From positions 1 to 37,861 of IMG/VR virus record IMGVR_UViG_3300044676_001128: a DNA stretch of 37,861 nt. One strand, given 5' to 3'. The notes beneath the pieces are model-generated. The model saw only the letters and a list, made by a program, of their open reading frames with translations, was not told the origin of the DNA and did no database searches. Both the position numbers and the translations under genes were made by a program. How positions within the stretch are numbered: position 1 is the first letter of the stretch; each line of letters starts with the position of its first letter. Below, one piece after another: positions 1 to 10,900 of the stretch. Source of the stretch: a virus. Its lineage: Duplodnaviria; Caudoviricetes.

Positions 1-212
1 AAGTTGTTTCTTGAATAGATACGACCTAAGTTAGAAGTAAAGTCCTCTGCATTTTGTCTTACATTAATACCTTGTTCTTGTACATCTGATGATTGTATCT
101 GCATCTCTCTACCTGGACCAACAGCAGAACGTAGTAATATATCATCAATACGAATATCATATCCATACCTAGCAGGGTTAGATGTGTTTATAGTAGTAGC
201 TACTCTAGGCAT
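1..212 (-). CDS. 5' part of a virion structural gene (probable tail nozzle/tubular protein B), truncated by window edge
   Basis: ATG at 212 overlaps the TAA of the upstream gene (TAATG); frame open to base 1 (MPRVATTINTSNPARYGYDIRIDDILL...). Product inferred from position after the adaptor gene. Confidence 0.6.
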   Translation of the reverse strand, partial: MPRVATTINTSNPARYGYDIRIDDILLRSAVGPGREMQIQSSDVQEQGINVRQNAEDFTSNLGRIYSRNN

Positions 213-1207
213 TAGTACACTATATTGTTAATCGTAACTGGTTCTGGATACCTAGCTCTTAAATCTTTTCTAGCTTGTTGTATTAAAGCTCTTTGATAAC
301 TCAATAAAGAGTTTCTTATTCTTGTTGCTGAATCAACTGGGAAATTTGATGTAGAAAGTTGGTCAGTTATATAATCAGTTGTTGCAGTAGGAATATCTCT
401 ACCACTAAGCATATGTGCGGCAACACCAGCCATAATAATAGGTTCGTATTCATCTTCTAGTCCTACTGTTGCAAGTGTGTCTGTTTCTGCAGTAGGGTCA
501 ATAAATTTCTTTTTAAATGTTACAAATGCAATATGACCTGCTGCTATACCTGAAAATTGTAATGCGTGAACTACATCAGGACCTGTTGTATAAGTAATTG
601 TTCTTTCTGTAGATGTATCATCTGTATAAGTGAAAGGGTTAGGTAGGTCTATTAATTCAACAGCTACTCCTCTAAATACAACATTTGTTGTATCTGAGTT
701 AGCAGAAAAGTCTGTGTACTGTGATATAGATTTTATAGGTGCTACTAAATAGTTATTAGTTCCTGGAGCATCATATGTTCCCAACAAAGTATATCCATCA
801 CCAACAACAACTTCTACTGTTTCTGTAGCAAATAAAGTTGGGTATAAGTTTTTAATCTGGTCACATACAGCATCAAATACATTTTTACGTGGAAACGGTG
901 GAGCTATTTTAATTAAGTCTCCTGCTGTATGACTAGCTGCAGTAGTTCCTCTAGCTGCTCTAGTTACTGTAATTGTATTAGTTACAGCATTGAGGTCAGT
1001 ACATATCATAAGCTCTTGACCTATTTCTATTATTGTACCAGCATCTAAAGCATCTTCTTCTTCTACGGATAACAAGTCTCCATTGAATACAACAGATGTT
1101 ACTGAATCATCCATAGAAGTTGATAGCGTTGTGTAGCTAACAATATCATCCATAGGTTCTAGATACTCCCTATAGGTTCTATCTACGAGATTACCAATAT
1201 TCGCCAT
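212..1207 (-). CDS. Putative head-tail adaptor / tail tubular protein A-like
   Basis: 331 aa, AGGAG RBS, two genes after capsid; contains a beta module typical of virion proteins (IEIGQELM...ITVTRAARGTTAASH). Confidence 0.55.
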   Translation of the reverse strand: MANIGNLVDRTYREYLEPMDDIVSYTTLSTSMDDSVTSVVFNGDLLSVEEEDALDAGTIIEIGQELMICTDLNAVTNTITVTRAARGTTAASHTAGDLIKIAPPFPRKNVFDAVCDQIKNLYPTLFATETVEVVVGDGYTLLGTYDAPGTNNYLVAPIKSISQYTDFSANSDTTNVVFRGVAVELIDLPNPFTYTDDTSTERTITYTTGPDVVHALQFSGIAAGHIAFVTFKKKFIDPTAETDTLATVGLEDEYEPIIMAGVAAHMLSGRDIPTATTDYITDQLSTSNFPVDSATRIRNSLLSYQRALIQQARKDLRARYPEPVTINNIVY

Positions 1208-1215
1208 TGGTTCTC

Positions 1216-1548
1216 CTAACTATGTCTAAAGTGTAATGTTAAACTTCTATCTGCTGCTTCGTTTCCATCAGATGTAACTCTGATATAACCGTTACTAGCA
1301 AAAGCCCAACCACTAGGGTCTACTCTTACCATGTCTCCTGCTGTTACTACGTATGTAACTGCAGTACCATCTGTTTCTGTTACATCTACCCATGTGCTGT
1401 TGTCCATTGAAAAGTCAAATGTTATGTTTGAACCAGTCATGGCTGCAGGGAATTGTATACCACAAAGCAACATACCTTCAGTTTGTACTCCTAAAGAGTT
1501 GTTATTGTCTTCAGATATATCTATTAAAGCTGTTTTTGATTTAATCAT
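1216..1548 (-). CDS. Small beta-rich virion protein (possible capsid decoration/spike)
   Basis: 110 aa, AAGGA RBS, directly after the capsid gene. Confidence 0.5.
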   Translation of the reverse strand: MIKSKTALIDISEDNNNSLGVQTEGMLLCGIQFPAAMTGSNITFDFSMDNSTWVDVTETDGTAVTYVVTAGDMVRVDPSGWAFASNGYIRVTSDGNEAADRSLTLHFRHS

Positions 1549-1556
1549 ATCTTCCT

Positions 1557-1569
1557 TACTATAGCAGAA
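1557..1569 (-). promoter_or_regulatory. Putative late promoter, extended -10 (TCTGCTATAGTAA)
   Basis: TGn-TATAGT; matches the intergenic motif at 3391-3403 at 12 of 13 positions. Confidence 0.5.
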
Positions 1570-1604
1570 GATAAGGGCGGAGGTGGAGTTCCACCCTAAT
1601 CTTC
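1567..1604 (-). terminator. GC-rich stem-loop after capsid gene (terminator or mRNA stabiliser, no U-tract)
   Basis: Minus strand GAAGAU-U-AGGGUGGA / loop ACUCCACC / UCCGCCCU-U-AUCUUC, one G-U pair. Confidence 0.55.
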
Positions 1605-1613
1605 AATTATTAT

Positions 1614-2732
1614 TTAAGCTACTGCTTGAATTTTACAATGGTATGAAGGAGGTCCGAACTCGAATCCCATCTCCATATAAATTGCTTTACCAATTCTAGC
1701 GTTTGCATCTTGGTCAATGTCACGTACGAACACAGTTCCATATCCTGGGATATTTGTAAATACTGGTTGTATGTAAGCTAAGTCTAAGATGAAAGCAGTT
1801 CCTGTTGGCATGATATCTGGGTCAATAACCATCAATCCGATTGAACCGAATGGTGTAATGACTGTATCAATATCAACACCAGCAACATTTCTATCTCTAG
1901 GAATGATTGCTCCTGCTATATCAACTGTACCTTTAACAAGTTCATTGTTAAGGTCTAGTAATTGTTTTGGACTAACACATAGTACAGGCTGTGTCATTGG
2001 TGCATGGTTGTCATACATTCTCTTTAGCGCACCTGAAATAGTTGCGAAAGAGATGACTTGACTTGAACCAGTTCCGTCACCTGAAGTGTCATTGTAGTAA
2101 CAGTTACCGCCTAATGGGTTAACTGCTGCAGAGTTGTCGGCGTTCTTGCCTATGGTAATCCATACATCAAGACCATACATTTCTCTTGTTCCTGACCCAG
2201 GTGTTACGTTAGCACCATCTGAGAAAGAACCATTGAATGCAAACCACTCAACTTCTCTTGCTACTTTTTCCATTGCTTTTTCCATTTGGAAAGCAAATTC
2301 GTCTGCCACTGGACTACCACCAAATAAAGCCAATTTGTCACCAGCAGTTGTTGTTCCGTCTCCGTCTGAAGAGTTTGCAATGTTTGCTGATAAATCAAAT
2401 GGGTTTTGATTTTGGGTAGATGCCAAAGCGGTATAAGTCATTTGTACACCTTTATGAAAAATCTGAGTTACATATGTGTATGCAGCTCTGTCTCTTCCAA
2501 GGTATTCTGTAGGTGCTGCACCTTCTTGTCCTTTAGTAGGTTCTGAAGAAACGGTTGCATTATCTTCTACTTGGACTTGCCAGAATGTAGAGTTTAATGT
2601 CTTACCACCGTTTAATCCACCAACTGCGGATAATAAAGGTGTTCTTTGACCACCGACTTTGAACAATTCACCAGTGAAGTTATTAATATTTTGTGCATAA
2701 ATCGTACTGTTTGTTAACGATATGTCTGCCAT
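1614..2732 (-). CDS. Major capsid protein (DUF5309/SU10-like, HK97 fold)
   Basis: 372 aa; motifs TPLLSAVG, YVTQIFHKGVQMTYTA, EFAFQMEKAMEKVAREVEWFAFNG, TPFG; strong AGGAG RBS; follows scaffold. Confidence 0.85.
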   Translation of the reverse strand: MADISLTNSTIYAQNINNFTGELFKVGGQRTPLLSAVGGLNGGKTLNSTFWQVQVEDNATVSSEPTKGQEGAAPTEYLGRDRAAYTYVTQIFHKGVQMTYTALASTQNQNPFDLSANIANSSDGDGTTTAGDKLALFGGSPVADEFAFQMEKAMEKVAREVEWFAFNGSFSDGANVTPGSGTREMYGLDVWITIGKNADNSAAVNPLGGNCYYNDTSGDGTGSSQVISFATISGALKRMYDNHAPMTQPVLCVSPKQLLDLNNELVKGTVDIAGAIIPRDRNVAGVDIDTVITPFGSIGLMVIDPDIMPTGTAFILDLAYIQPVFTNIPGYGTVFVRDIDQDANARIGKAIYMEMGFEFGPPSYHCKIQAVA

Positions 2733-2754
2733 TTTTATCTTCTCCTATAAATTA

Positions 2755-3228
2755 TTATTTGTCTTGTTCTTTAAGAGTCTCCATCATACGCAATTTTGCA
2801 TTGATAGAATCTCCTGGTTTTGTGTTGGAATCTCTAACAAATTTTATAAATTCTTGACCTACATCTGTAGGTTCAGCATTTACACCAAGTTTATTAAGCT
2901 GCTCTACACGTGATTGAGCTTCAACTACATTACTAGCTTGTTGTGTTGCTGATGTTGGTTCAGCATTAATAGCATCACCAAACTCATTTTGTACAAATTC
3001 TTTGATAGATGTTAAATCCATCTCGCCGTCATACAATTTAGTTACAGCTTTACCAATACCTTTTTCAGGTTCTAGTCCTAATGACTCTAAAGCGCTACCC
3101 ATAGCCTGAGCCTTGAATGCTTTATTCTCAGCTTTGAGTTTTTTAAACTCATCCCTAAGTTGCTTTATATTATCATTAGAATCTTCAGCTTGTTCTGTAG
3201 CTTGGTCTAAGTTGTTTATATCTTCCAT
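2755..3228 (-). CDS. Capsid scaffolding protein
   Basis: 157 aa, acidic N-terminus then coiled coil (IKQLRDEFKKLKAENKAFK), immediately upstream of capsid. Confidence 0.7.
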   Translation of the reverse strand: MEDINNLDQATEQAEDSNDNIKQLRDEFKKLKAENKAFKAQAMGSALESLGLEPEKGIGKAVTKLYDGEMDLTSIKEFVQNEFGDAINAEPTSATQQASNVVEAQSRVEQLNKLGVNAEPTDVGQEFIKFVRDSNTKPGDSINAKLRMMETLKEQDK

Positions 3229-3385
3229 TTTATCTCCATCTTTTCTCTAGCATATAAATAATCCCATAACATAATCGCTAGGTAATTAAAGGGATTTCAC
3301 AAGGATTTAAAAATACAGACAACACACCTTGGTAGTGCTATCGAAATGCAGCCCTATTTTTTAAGTGCCGATTCCTGCCAGGCAC
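3229..3385 (-). promoter_or_regulatory. Structured 5' leader of the scaffold-capsid operon
   Basis: ~160-nt non-coding leader with AGUGCC/GGCACU hairpin and crossing AAUCCC/GGGAUU and CUAGCG/UGCUAG pairings just before the GGAG RBS. Confidence 0.45.
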
Positions 3386-3390
3386 TACAA

Positions 3391-3403
3391 TTAGTATAGC
3401 AGA
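3391..3403 (-). promoter_or_regulatory. Putative late promoter, extended -10 (TCTGCTATACTAA)
   Basis: TGn-TATACT just after the stop of the upstream gene; near-identical motif at 1557-1569. Confidence 0.55.
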
Positions 3404-3404
3404 T

Positions 3405-4481
3405 TTACGCTTCTGTCAAGCCAGTAACTGCACCTTGTTGAGTTTTCTTTGCACCTAATTGTATAGCACTTTCAGACTCTGCTTGTGCTGATAATGTTGA
3501 AACTTGTTCTGCAAACTGTGTATCAGGTGCTGCACCCATCTCTGCAAACTCTAATGCTGAGTATTCTGTCTTAGCTCTACCGAATCTTCTAGCTAATCTT
3601 GAAGCAGTCATAGCTCTAGCAGTAGCTGTTTCAAACTCACTAGCTGCTCTTTGTGAAGTAATACCTCCACTAACAAGTCTTTGTACTGCATTGTAATCTA
3701 TTTCTTCACCAGTAACTCTTTCAAATGTTGCACTAATCTGTGATACATTTAATCTTTTAGAAAGTATTTGAGCATTCACTTCAGGGTCTATAGCTATAGC
3801 TACTAAAGCTGATTCACTCATGTCTACAGTTTCACCTAACTCATCAGAGTAATACTGTGAGTATTGTCCAAGAACTTGTGCTTTCTGTTCTTCAGGTAAT
3901 GAAGTTATAGTATCTGATACTGCTTTAACTCTATTTCTTAATTCATCAGGACTTACATTGTTAGCTAATAATTTAGGAAATATTACATCTAAGTTTTCTT
4001 TTGCATATCCACCTAAGTTATATTCTTGTAAATGAATAGCAACAGCTTCTTTATTCTGTAAGTACTGTGCTTCTGTCATTCTAAGACTTCCATCATTTCT
4101 TTTTATACCCTCAAACATTTCGCTGTATTCAACTGTTGAACGCATATTTGCCAAGGCAAACTCTGCTTTACCTGTCTCAATAAAACCTTGTGTATAAGAG
4201 TCTATTAGTTTCTCTCCACGTACTGGGTCTAACTTTGTGATGTATGGCAATAATACTTTGGCTTGTTCTCTGCTATAAGGAGATAGGTCTTCTTCTTTGA
4301 TAGGAGTAGAGTCTGTTACTTCCCCACCGCCTGTAAAGTTTGAGCCACCTGCTGTAGTAGATAAAGCAACAGCTTCTGACTTGTCTGTTGTATATCCATC
4401 AGCTAACATGTCATCTAATTTGAGACCTGTACCTTCTAACTCTATACCTGTTAAATCATCTTTTCTATATACTCTTACCAT
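3405..4481 (-). CDS. Putative internal virion (ejection/core) protein
   Basis: 358 aa, helical Ala/Gln-rich C-terminus, translationally coupled within the portal-to-scaffold block. Confidence 0.5.
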   Translation of the reverse strand: MVRVYRKDDLTGIELEGTGLKLDDMLADGYTTDKSEAVALSTTAGGSNFTGGGEVTDSTPIKEEDLSPYSREQAKVLLPYITKLDPVRGEKLIDSYTQGFIETGKAEFALANMRSTVEYSEMFEGIKRNDGSLRMTEAQYLQNKEAVAIHLQEYNLGGYAKENLDVIFPKLLANNVSPDELRNRVKAVSDTITSLPEEQKAQVLGQYSQYYSDELGETVDMSESALVAIAIDPEVNAQILSKRLNVSQISATFERVTGEEIDYNAVQRLVSGGITSQRAASEFETATARAMTASRLARRFGRAKTEYSALEFAEMGAAPDTQFAEQVSTLSAQAESESAIQLGAKKTQQGAVTGLTEA

Positions 4482-5857
4482 TATATGCTCCTAACTACTG
4501 GTCCACCTAGGGACTTATTCATCTCACTTGCTAGGTTGTAAGCAAAGAACTTATTGTTACTATTGTATGCTTTCTGTCTAAAGTTTTTACCAGCATCTTG
4601 AAAACCATTATTAAGTTCTTCTAAGAACTCTGTGCTAGTTTCATCAGGATTATCTCCGTATATAGATGCGTATAGTTTAAGGTATGGACCAACTATCTTT
4701 CCATAGTTAAGACCTTTACCTGCATACTTTTCAAAGTAAGGGTTGTTGTCGAATATAGTTTGTAAATATTCTTTAACTGATTCCTCTCCCTCAGTTGCAT
4801 ATAAAGTAGCTATAGTTCTCTTTTCACTTTCAGCTAATCCATTGTAGACACCTGCACCGAGAATCTCTGTTCCCTTTGCCTGTGCTTTATTGTTAAATAT
4901 ATAATCTGATAAATCTAATCCTGAACTATCAGCACCAAGTTTATCTGCAACATTATTAAATAAAGGAGCTAGTGTATCATCTGAACTAATTGCATAGCCA
5001 TCTAAGTTTTCAACATAACCAATAAAGTTTTTAAGTAACCCAGCAGATATGTCGCCCTGTACAGCTATATTTAATAACCCCTCATAAGTATCTGAATTGT
5101 CCACTTTATATTTATTAGGGTTCAAACCTAGACTAGCCAATGCACTATCCAGTTGTCCCGCTCGTGTAACCCTCAAAGCTAATAACTTTTGATTTGGTTT
5201 GCCTGATATTGTATAACCTGATTTACCTAAAGCATTTAAATAATCTATCTTTTCTGTTGTGTAAGGAGCTTTGAGTGCAATTAATCTAGGGTCTGTACTG
5301 TCAATAGGTACACCACTAACAACAGAATCAAAGAGTAGTGACATTCCTGGATACTCAACATTACCTTGTTCATCTACAACAGGTTCAAAAAAGAATGGTG
5401 CTACATCTTCGTACATAGCTATTCTTTCTTCAAACTGTTCTCCTGGATTCCATCCATCAAGTAAGTTATAAGAGGAAGATATTTGTTTAATGTCTAAAAT
5501 ATCATCTCCAACTAGGTTTCCTGGTGCAGTAGTAACTACTTGTGGACCAGTTCTATTCTCTCCACTAGGTGTGTCATTAAAACCATTAGGGTTATATCTA
5601 GTACCTGCTTTGTAAGCTAACCAACTTGTACCGTCTGCTTCATCTAAGTTTGCAGATATATCCCATAACCAATAGTAAAAATTACCATCATAATAAACTT
5701 GTTCAGGAGTAGGCTTTTGTGAATGTCCAGTGTAGTTATTGTATGTAGGAGTATAAATTTCTTTATTAGCATTATCTAAACCTTGTTGAGTTTGAGTATC
5801 AAATGCAACTCCTCCAGTTGATACTGGTAAGTCAGGATTTTGTTCGTCATTACTCAC
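4481..5857 (-). CDS. Putative internal virion protein
   Basis: 458 aa, overlaps neighbouring genes at both ends, in the core-protein block. Confidence 0.45.
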   Translation of the reverse strand: MSNDEQNPDLPVSTGGVAFDTQTQQGLDNANKEIYTPTYNNYTGHSQKPTPEQVYYDGNFYYWLWDISANLDEADGTSWLAYKAGTRYNPNGFNDTPSGENRTGPQVVTTAPGNLVGDDILDIKQISSSYNLLDGWNPGEQFEERIAMYEDVAPFFFEPVVDEQGNVEYPGMSLLFDSVVSGVPIDSTDPRLIALKAPYTTEKIDYLNALGKSGYTISGKPNQKLLALRVTRAGQLDSALASLGLNPNKYKVDNSDTYEGLLNIAVQGDISAGLLKNFIGYVENLDGYAISSDDTLAPLFNNVADKLGADSSGLDLSDYIFNNKAQAKGTEILGAGVYNGLAESEKRTIATLYATEGEESVKEYLQTIFDNNPYFEKYAGKGLNYGKIVGPYLKLYASIYGDNPDETSTEFLEELNNGFQDAGKNFRQKAYNSNNKFFAYNLASEMNKSLGGPVVRSI

Positions 5858-6542
5858 CTGGATTCACCTCCCTATTAAATAAATCGCCAAGTCTTTTAAT
5901 CTTTATTCTAGCTTGATATTTTGATTGTTCTCTACGTAAATTAGAAACACCTGTTGGCTCATATGTGTAGTCAGTATTTTGTACAATCATGTCAGCTATG
6001 TTAGGGTCAACTAACACTGGCTTACCTTCTAGATATATTGCCATAGGTTTTTTAGTATCAGTAGCATTACCACCTGTTTCTGTTGGGTCATCAAACTCAT
6101 TAAGAAATGCAATCTCTTTATTTATTCTATCTTGAAACCAAGTAGGAGCATCTTTTTCTCTGTAATCTTTGTAGCTTTGCAGTTGACTAGGACGTATAGC
6201 GTCAAAGTTATCTCCTGCAATTACCTCCATTGTATCTCTTAACGCCCAGGGTCTATTGAAATAAACTAAAGTCATATAATCTTTTTTCTGTTGATTAGTA
6301 ATATCTAGCTTTCTATTCTCTAACATTTGTTCCACGAAACCTTCTGCTTCGTTTAAATCTTCTTGCAATATCTCTAATGCTTTTTCTGCAGTTATAGTAT
6401 CTCCATCTTTAAATTTAAACGAGCCTGCTGCATTAGTATGACCGTATCCTATAGTTAGTACATTATTGACATCACGATATGCTTTTAACTCTAAACCTTC
6501 TAAATCTTTTATGTGTTCTATTAAATCTTTTGTAAGTTCCAT
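5850..6542 (-). CDS. GH24 (phage lysozyme family) muramidase, probably virion-associated
   Basis: Catalytic E-x8-D-x5-T pattern: IKDLEGLELKAYRDVNNVLTIGYGHT; located among core proteins, not with the holin. Confidence 0.85.
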   Translation of the reverse strand: MELTKDLIEHIKDLEGLELKAYRDVNNVLTIGYGHTNAAGSFKFKDGDTITAEKALEILQEDLNEAEGFVEQMLENRKLDITNQQKKDYMTLVYFNRPWALRDTMEVIAGDNFDAIRPSQLQSYKDYREKDAPTWFQDRINKEIAFLNEFDDPTETGGNATDTKKPMAIYLEGKPVLVDPNIADMIVQNTDYTYEPTGVSNLRREQSKYQARIKIKRLGDLFNREVNPGE

Positions 6543-6544
6543 AT

Positions 6545-7957
6545 TTATCTCTTACTAAATGCTGCTATTACTGAAGCTATACCATTACGATAAGCATTTT
6601 CTTCTTGACCTGCATCTATTAAATCTTTGTACTGTGACTTTATATAGTTAGTTAACTCATAGTTAAATGCAGAACTAATACCTTCTTCTGTCATTGGAGC
6701 GTCTATCTCATATGTCTTTTCAGGTAAACCAAACTTCTTTCTTCTCAAAGCATCTTCTTGTGCCATACGTTTTTGATTTCTAAATTCACGTTGACCTTGT
6801 TCATAACTCTGTGTAAGTTCTCTTATCTTTCCTGAAGCCCATTCCTGTACTCCATAGTACAAAGTATCGTTAGGTGTTACACCTGCTATTCCTGTTACAG
6901 CAGTATCTATCTGTTGTTTTAAGTTTTCAGGACTAGGCATTGCAATAATACTTGGACCTGTGTTTATATTATCTACATCTGTAAAGTCTATATCATCTAA
7001 TCCATCTAAATAAAAGTCTCTTATAAATCCTAGGAAAGCTGCATTGTTACCACCTGAAGCTAATGCTATTTCTTGTAAATCATTAGAGTCTATTCCAAAT
7101 TGTGCTTTAGGATTCATATAACTAAAAGATGCTCTTACTGCGTCTTTAGTTGCCTGGTCATACTCACCAGAAACAAAAGAACCTGGTTGTAAAAACCCTG
7201 ACTGTATTAAAGCTAATTGATAATCTATTACTCTGTCAGAAGGTATGTTTTCTAAAAATGTTTCTTCTAGTCCTATGTTATATAAAGGAACTAAGTTCTC
7301 ATTACCTGAAGAAGCTCGTAAGTCTTCTACTGCATTTGCTGAGTCTATACCGTAGTAACCAACTTCATTACCGAAAAAGAATGCTTGTTCATAAGCATAT
7401 TCTGCATTGTTAATTTCTCTACTTAAATCTTCTGCTGAATCTATTGACGAAAGGTTTTCTAATAACTTATCAGTATTACCTGTAGATTGATATTCTCCAA
7501 AGGCTTCAGCTCTTAAGTCTTCAATAGTTTTAGGTTTAATTTCCTCTTGTACTCTACGCCTAGTTGTTTCTCCAACTTGTTGAACTATGTTATTTGTATA
7601 AGCAATAATAGATTCTTCTGCTGCTGATACAGGTGTTTCTTCTTCTCTCTCTGTGTCTATCTCATCAAGAGTTCTAGTATCTACAGAACTAACACCACGT
7701 TTAAAATCACTAATACTATTAGCTAAACCTTCTCCTAATGCAAATCCTATCTGTGCTTCTGGTGTAGTAGGGTAAGCATTTAGGGCTTCCATTCTTAATT
7801 CATCAGGTAAGTTAGATAAAAATTCATGTAATTTAAGACCGAGGTTGTAACCAAGCTGTGCTTCTGGTGCAGCTATTAACATTTGTACATCTGATTCTGA
7901 ACTTCTACTTGCCCAAGCTATACCTAGTCTTTCAAAGAAACCTTTTTTTTCTGCCAT
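6545..7957 (-). CDS. Putative internal virion protein with a peptidoglycan-binding (PG_binding_1-like) segment
   Basis: 470 aa; VIDYQLALIQSGFL...VSGEYDQATKDAV resembles the PG-binding helix motif; short internal repeat PEAQLGYNLG / PEAQIGFALG. Confidence 0.55.
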   Translation of the reverse strand: MAEKKGFFERLGIAWASRSSESDVQMLIAAPEAQLGYNLGLKLHEFLSNLPDELRMEALNAYPTTPEAQIGFALGEGLANSISDFKRGVSSVDTRTLDEIDTEREEETPVSAAEESIIAYTNNIVQQVGETTRRRVQEEIKPKTIEDLRAEAFGEYQSTGNTDKLLENLSSIDSAEDLSREINNAEYAYEQAFFFGNEVGYYGIDSANAVEDLRASSGNENLVPLYNIGLEETFLENIPSDRVIDYQLALIQSGFLQPGSFVSGEYDQATKDAVRASFSYMNPKAQFGIDSNDLQEIALASGGNNAAFLGFIRDFYLDGLDDIDFTDVDNINTGPSIIAMPSPENLKQQIDTAVTGIAGVTPNDTLYYGVQEWASGKIRELTQSYEQGQREFRNQKRMAQEDALRRKKFGLPEKTYEIDAPMTEEGISSAFNYELTNYIKSQYKDLIDAGQEENAYRNGIASVIAAFSKR

Positions 7958-10900
7958 TAATATCCCTCGCCTGATGTAAATACATCACTAAATTCTTCTT
8001 CTACTTCATATCTTAGTACGTCATCATAGACATAATAAAAATCTGGATACTGAGAAAATAACTGTTGAGCTAATTGTCTCAGACTATTCCTAAAATAAGA
8101 ATACTCATCTCTTCTTAAAGTTGCACGTATTCCGTCTTTTTGTTTAATTATAGATAGAATCTTATTTCGTTCCTCTAAGTATACAGATAAACCCTGCATG
8201 GTTGGTAAATCTTTTAACAAAGTAGTATCACCGTTAGGTAATTGGATAGTTGCATTACCTTCATTTGCTAACATATATTCTAATTCACGTAACTTAGCAT
8301 CTGAATCTATGCTCTTTGCAGCAGTTGATACCGTTCCATATCCTGGATATTCAAGTCTTAAAGCATTTCTTAGTTCAGTAAGTATCTGATATTTTCTTTC
8401 TCCACTTAAATTATTGTGAATACCTGAATCAAATAACAATCTTCTTTGGTATTCATAAGCTAATCTACCTTGCGATTGTCTTACTGCAGTTATATATTCT
8501 TCTTGTGACAAATCTACTCTATCTCTTTCAGCAAAAGAATCTGCCCAAGCTACAAAGTTAAACTCATCTAATGGGTTATCTGGGAATAAGAAGTATCCAA
8601 CATCTGGATATGTGTCCATAAACTCTTTGTTATCCTCATAGAATCTAGTTCCTTCCTCTGTATAGCTTCTCTTCTTTATCTCTTTAGACTTAGAAACTAA
8701 TAATGCAGTTGGGTCTAATCCAAACTGATTAACAAATTCTGTAGTAGCTTTTATCTGGTCTCCTCTGTACTTAGATAATATTCTATAATAAGCATCTGCA
8801 AGTACAGATATTCCATAGAAGTGATGTTTAGGGTCTTCATCTTTTGTTTTAGCAGGGTCAATATGTATAGCTCCACCTGGTGCAACTTCTACTTCGTAAC
8901 GAATTACAGCACCTGTTGGAGCTGCAAACTGTATCAATGACCTAAGTAAAGTAAGAGTAGTAGCTGTGTCTTGAGCTTTTTCCATAGCTTGTTTAGCTTT
9001 AGCAGGTGTGCTGTCATCATATAATCCAGTAGTAACAAACATTTTAATTACATCTTTGTAAGTATTTGCATATGTTCTATTAAGTTCTGCATTATTAGAA
9101 CCAATAGATAATGCTTTCTTTAACCATGAAGGTACTAACGCATCTGCAAATGTGTAAGGATTTAATGGACTATCTTCTTCTCTTCCGTATGGGAAGAATA
9201 CTTTATCTATTAAATCATTCTTAGGTAATATCTTAGATGCAGGTATTCCTACCAATGGTCCTAGACCTGGTGCAGGGTTACCAGCAATCATGTTCAATGA
9301 AGATACATAACCTTTAAGATTTACTTTCGCATCTGGTGCTTGTATAGTTTCTCCTGTAACTGGGTTAGTAACAGTTCTAGAATCTTTATTACCGTCAAAC
9401 ATATAGTTTGATAGCATCTCTGAACCAGGAAAGAAAAACATTTCCTCTCCAGTCATTTCGTCTGTATGAAAGAATCCTTCGTCATCATCATCTAAACTTA
9501 ATTTCCTACCACCTTCTATTCCACGAGATATCTTACGTGTCATTAGAAATTTCTTTTTGTTTAATAATCTTGACCAAGTACCCAATATTTCTATGTAAAC
9601 TTCTGCGAATGGGAATGCAAGTCTTAACATATCTGATACAACGTGTCTTTTGTTTAAGTCATACAATAGACCTTTAGTTTCTGTCATTGCATATGCTTTA
9701 GCTACATTATCTAGTTCATCTAAACTATCTAAGTTCAATAACTTACCTTCATCAGCAGTAACCTTGCCTGTCTTTTCTAGCTTCTTGATAAAAGAGTTAT
9801 CTAACTTAGAAGCCTTAGCTTGTTGTTTTATTTGATTTCTTAATCCATCATCAAAGTAAGCTATGTTTTCTTCTATGAATCTCCAGTAAAACTGTCTGAA
9901 AGCAGGGGAACGTGACAATCTATTTGTAGGTGCTGACATAACTATAGAAAATAATCTTTCAATAGCAGCATCATAAGAATTAATTCTTTCTCCATCCATG
10001 TCATAAACAGACTTCTTCATAGTGTGGTAGGGTTTGTAGATATTCTTTTTGTTATCCAATCTACCTAAGTATGCTTGATATTTCTTTTTGTCTGCAATAG
10101 TTCCATTTCTACCGAAAGTAATCTGCTCATCTCCTATTGTAAGATACACAGGTGGTCCACCTTGTTGTGCAACTCTATCTAACTCTGCACCTTTTGCAAT
10201 ATGTGATAACAGTTCACTGTCACCAGTTTCTATAAGTTCAAACTCAATCCTAGATTGTGCAGATTTTCTTGTCCTTGTTTGACCAATAACATCATCAAAT
10301 AGTCTTCTAGTACCGTCAGGTAATATCTCGTATACTTTGTATGCACCACCAGTTTTGTAGTGAACTCGTGCAAAAACAGAGTCAATATAATCATCTGCCC
10401 ATTGTCTGTCTTTTAATATTTTAATTTTTTGGTATTTACCAGCTTCATCAGAACCATAAGCTAATGCCGTTCTCCAATCTGATAAGTCACCTTCCCAGAA
10501 TCTATCTTTTACATCTTGTAATCCTGCTCTAAATGCTGGGTCATCAACACCACCTTTAACTGCTGCTAACGCTTGTGCTATAGGGTCATCAACTAACTGG
10601 TATATTTCAGATGCAGCAGAACCAGTAAAACCTTCTTCTCCATACTTAACTTGTTTCATAGCCCATGTTCTTTTTATTTTATCTGTGTCTAAGATACCAC
10701 CATGAGACTTAGACATAGAAGCCTGGTGTTCTAATGCTTCTCCTAGTACTCCATTATCTCTAATACCAAACTGACCTTTAGCAATAAGTGTGTCAATATT
10801 TAAATTTTCATAATCACCGATTTGATTTATTACTTGTTTTCTATTTTTACCCATAATCCAAGCGAACGCTGATAAAGGATGAGTAAACACATTATCTAAA

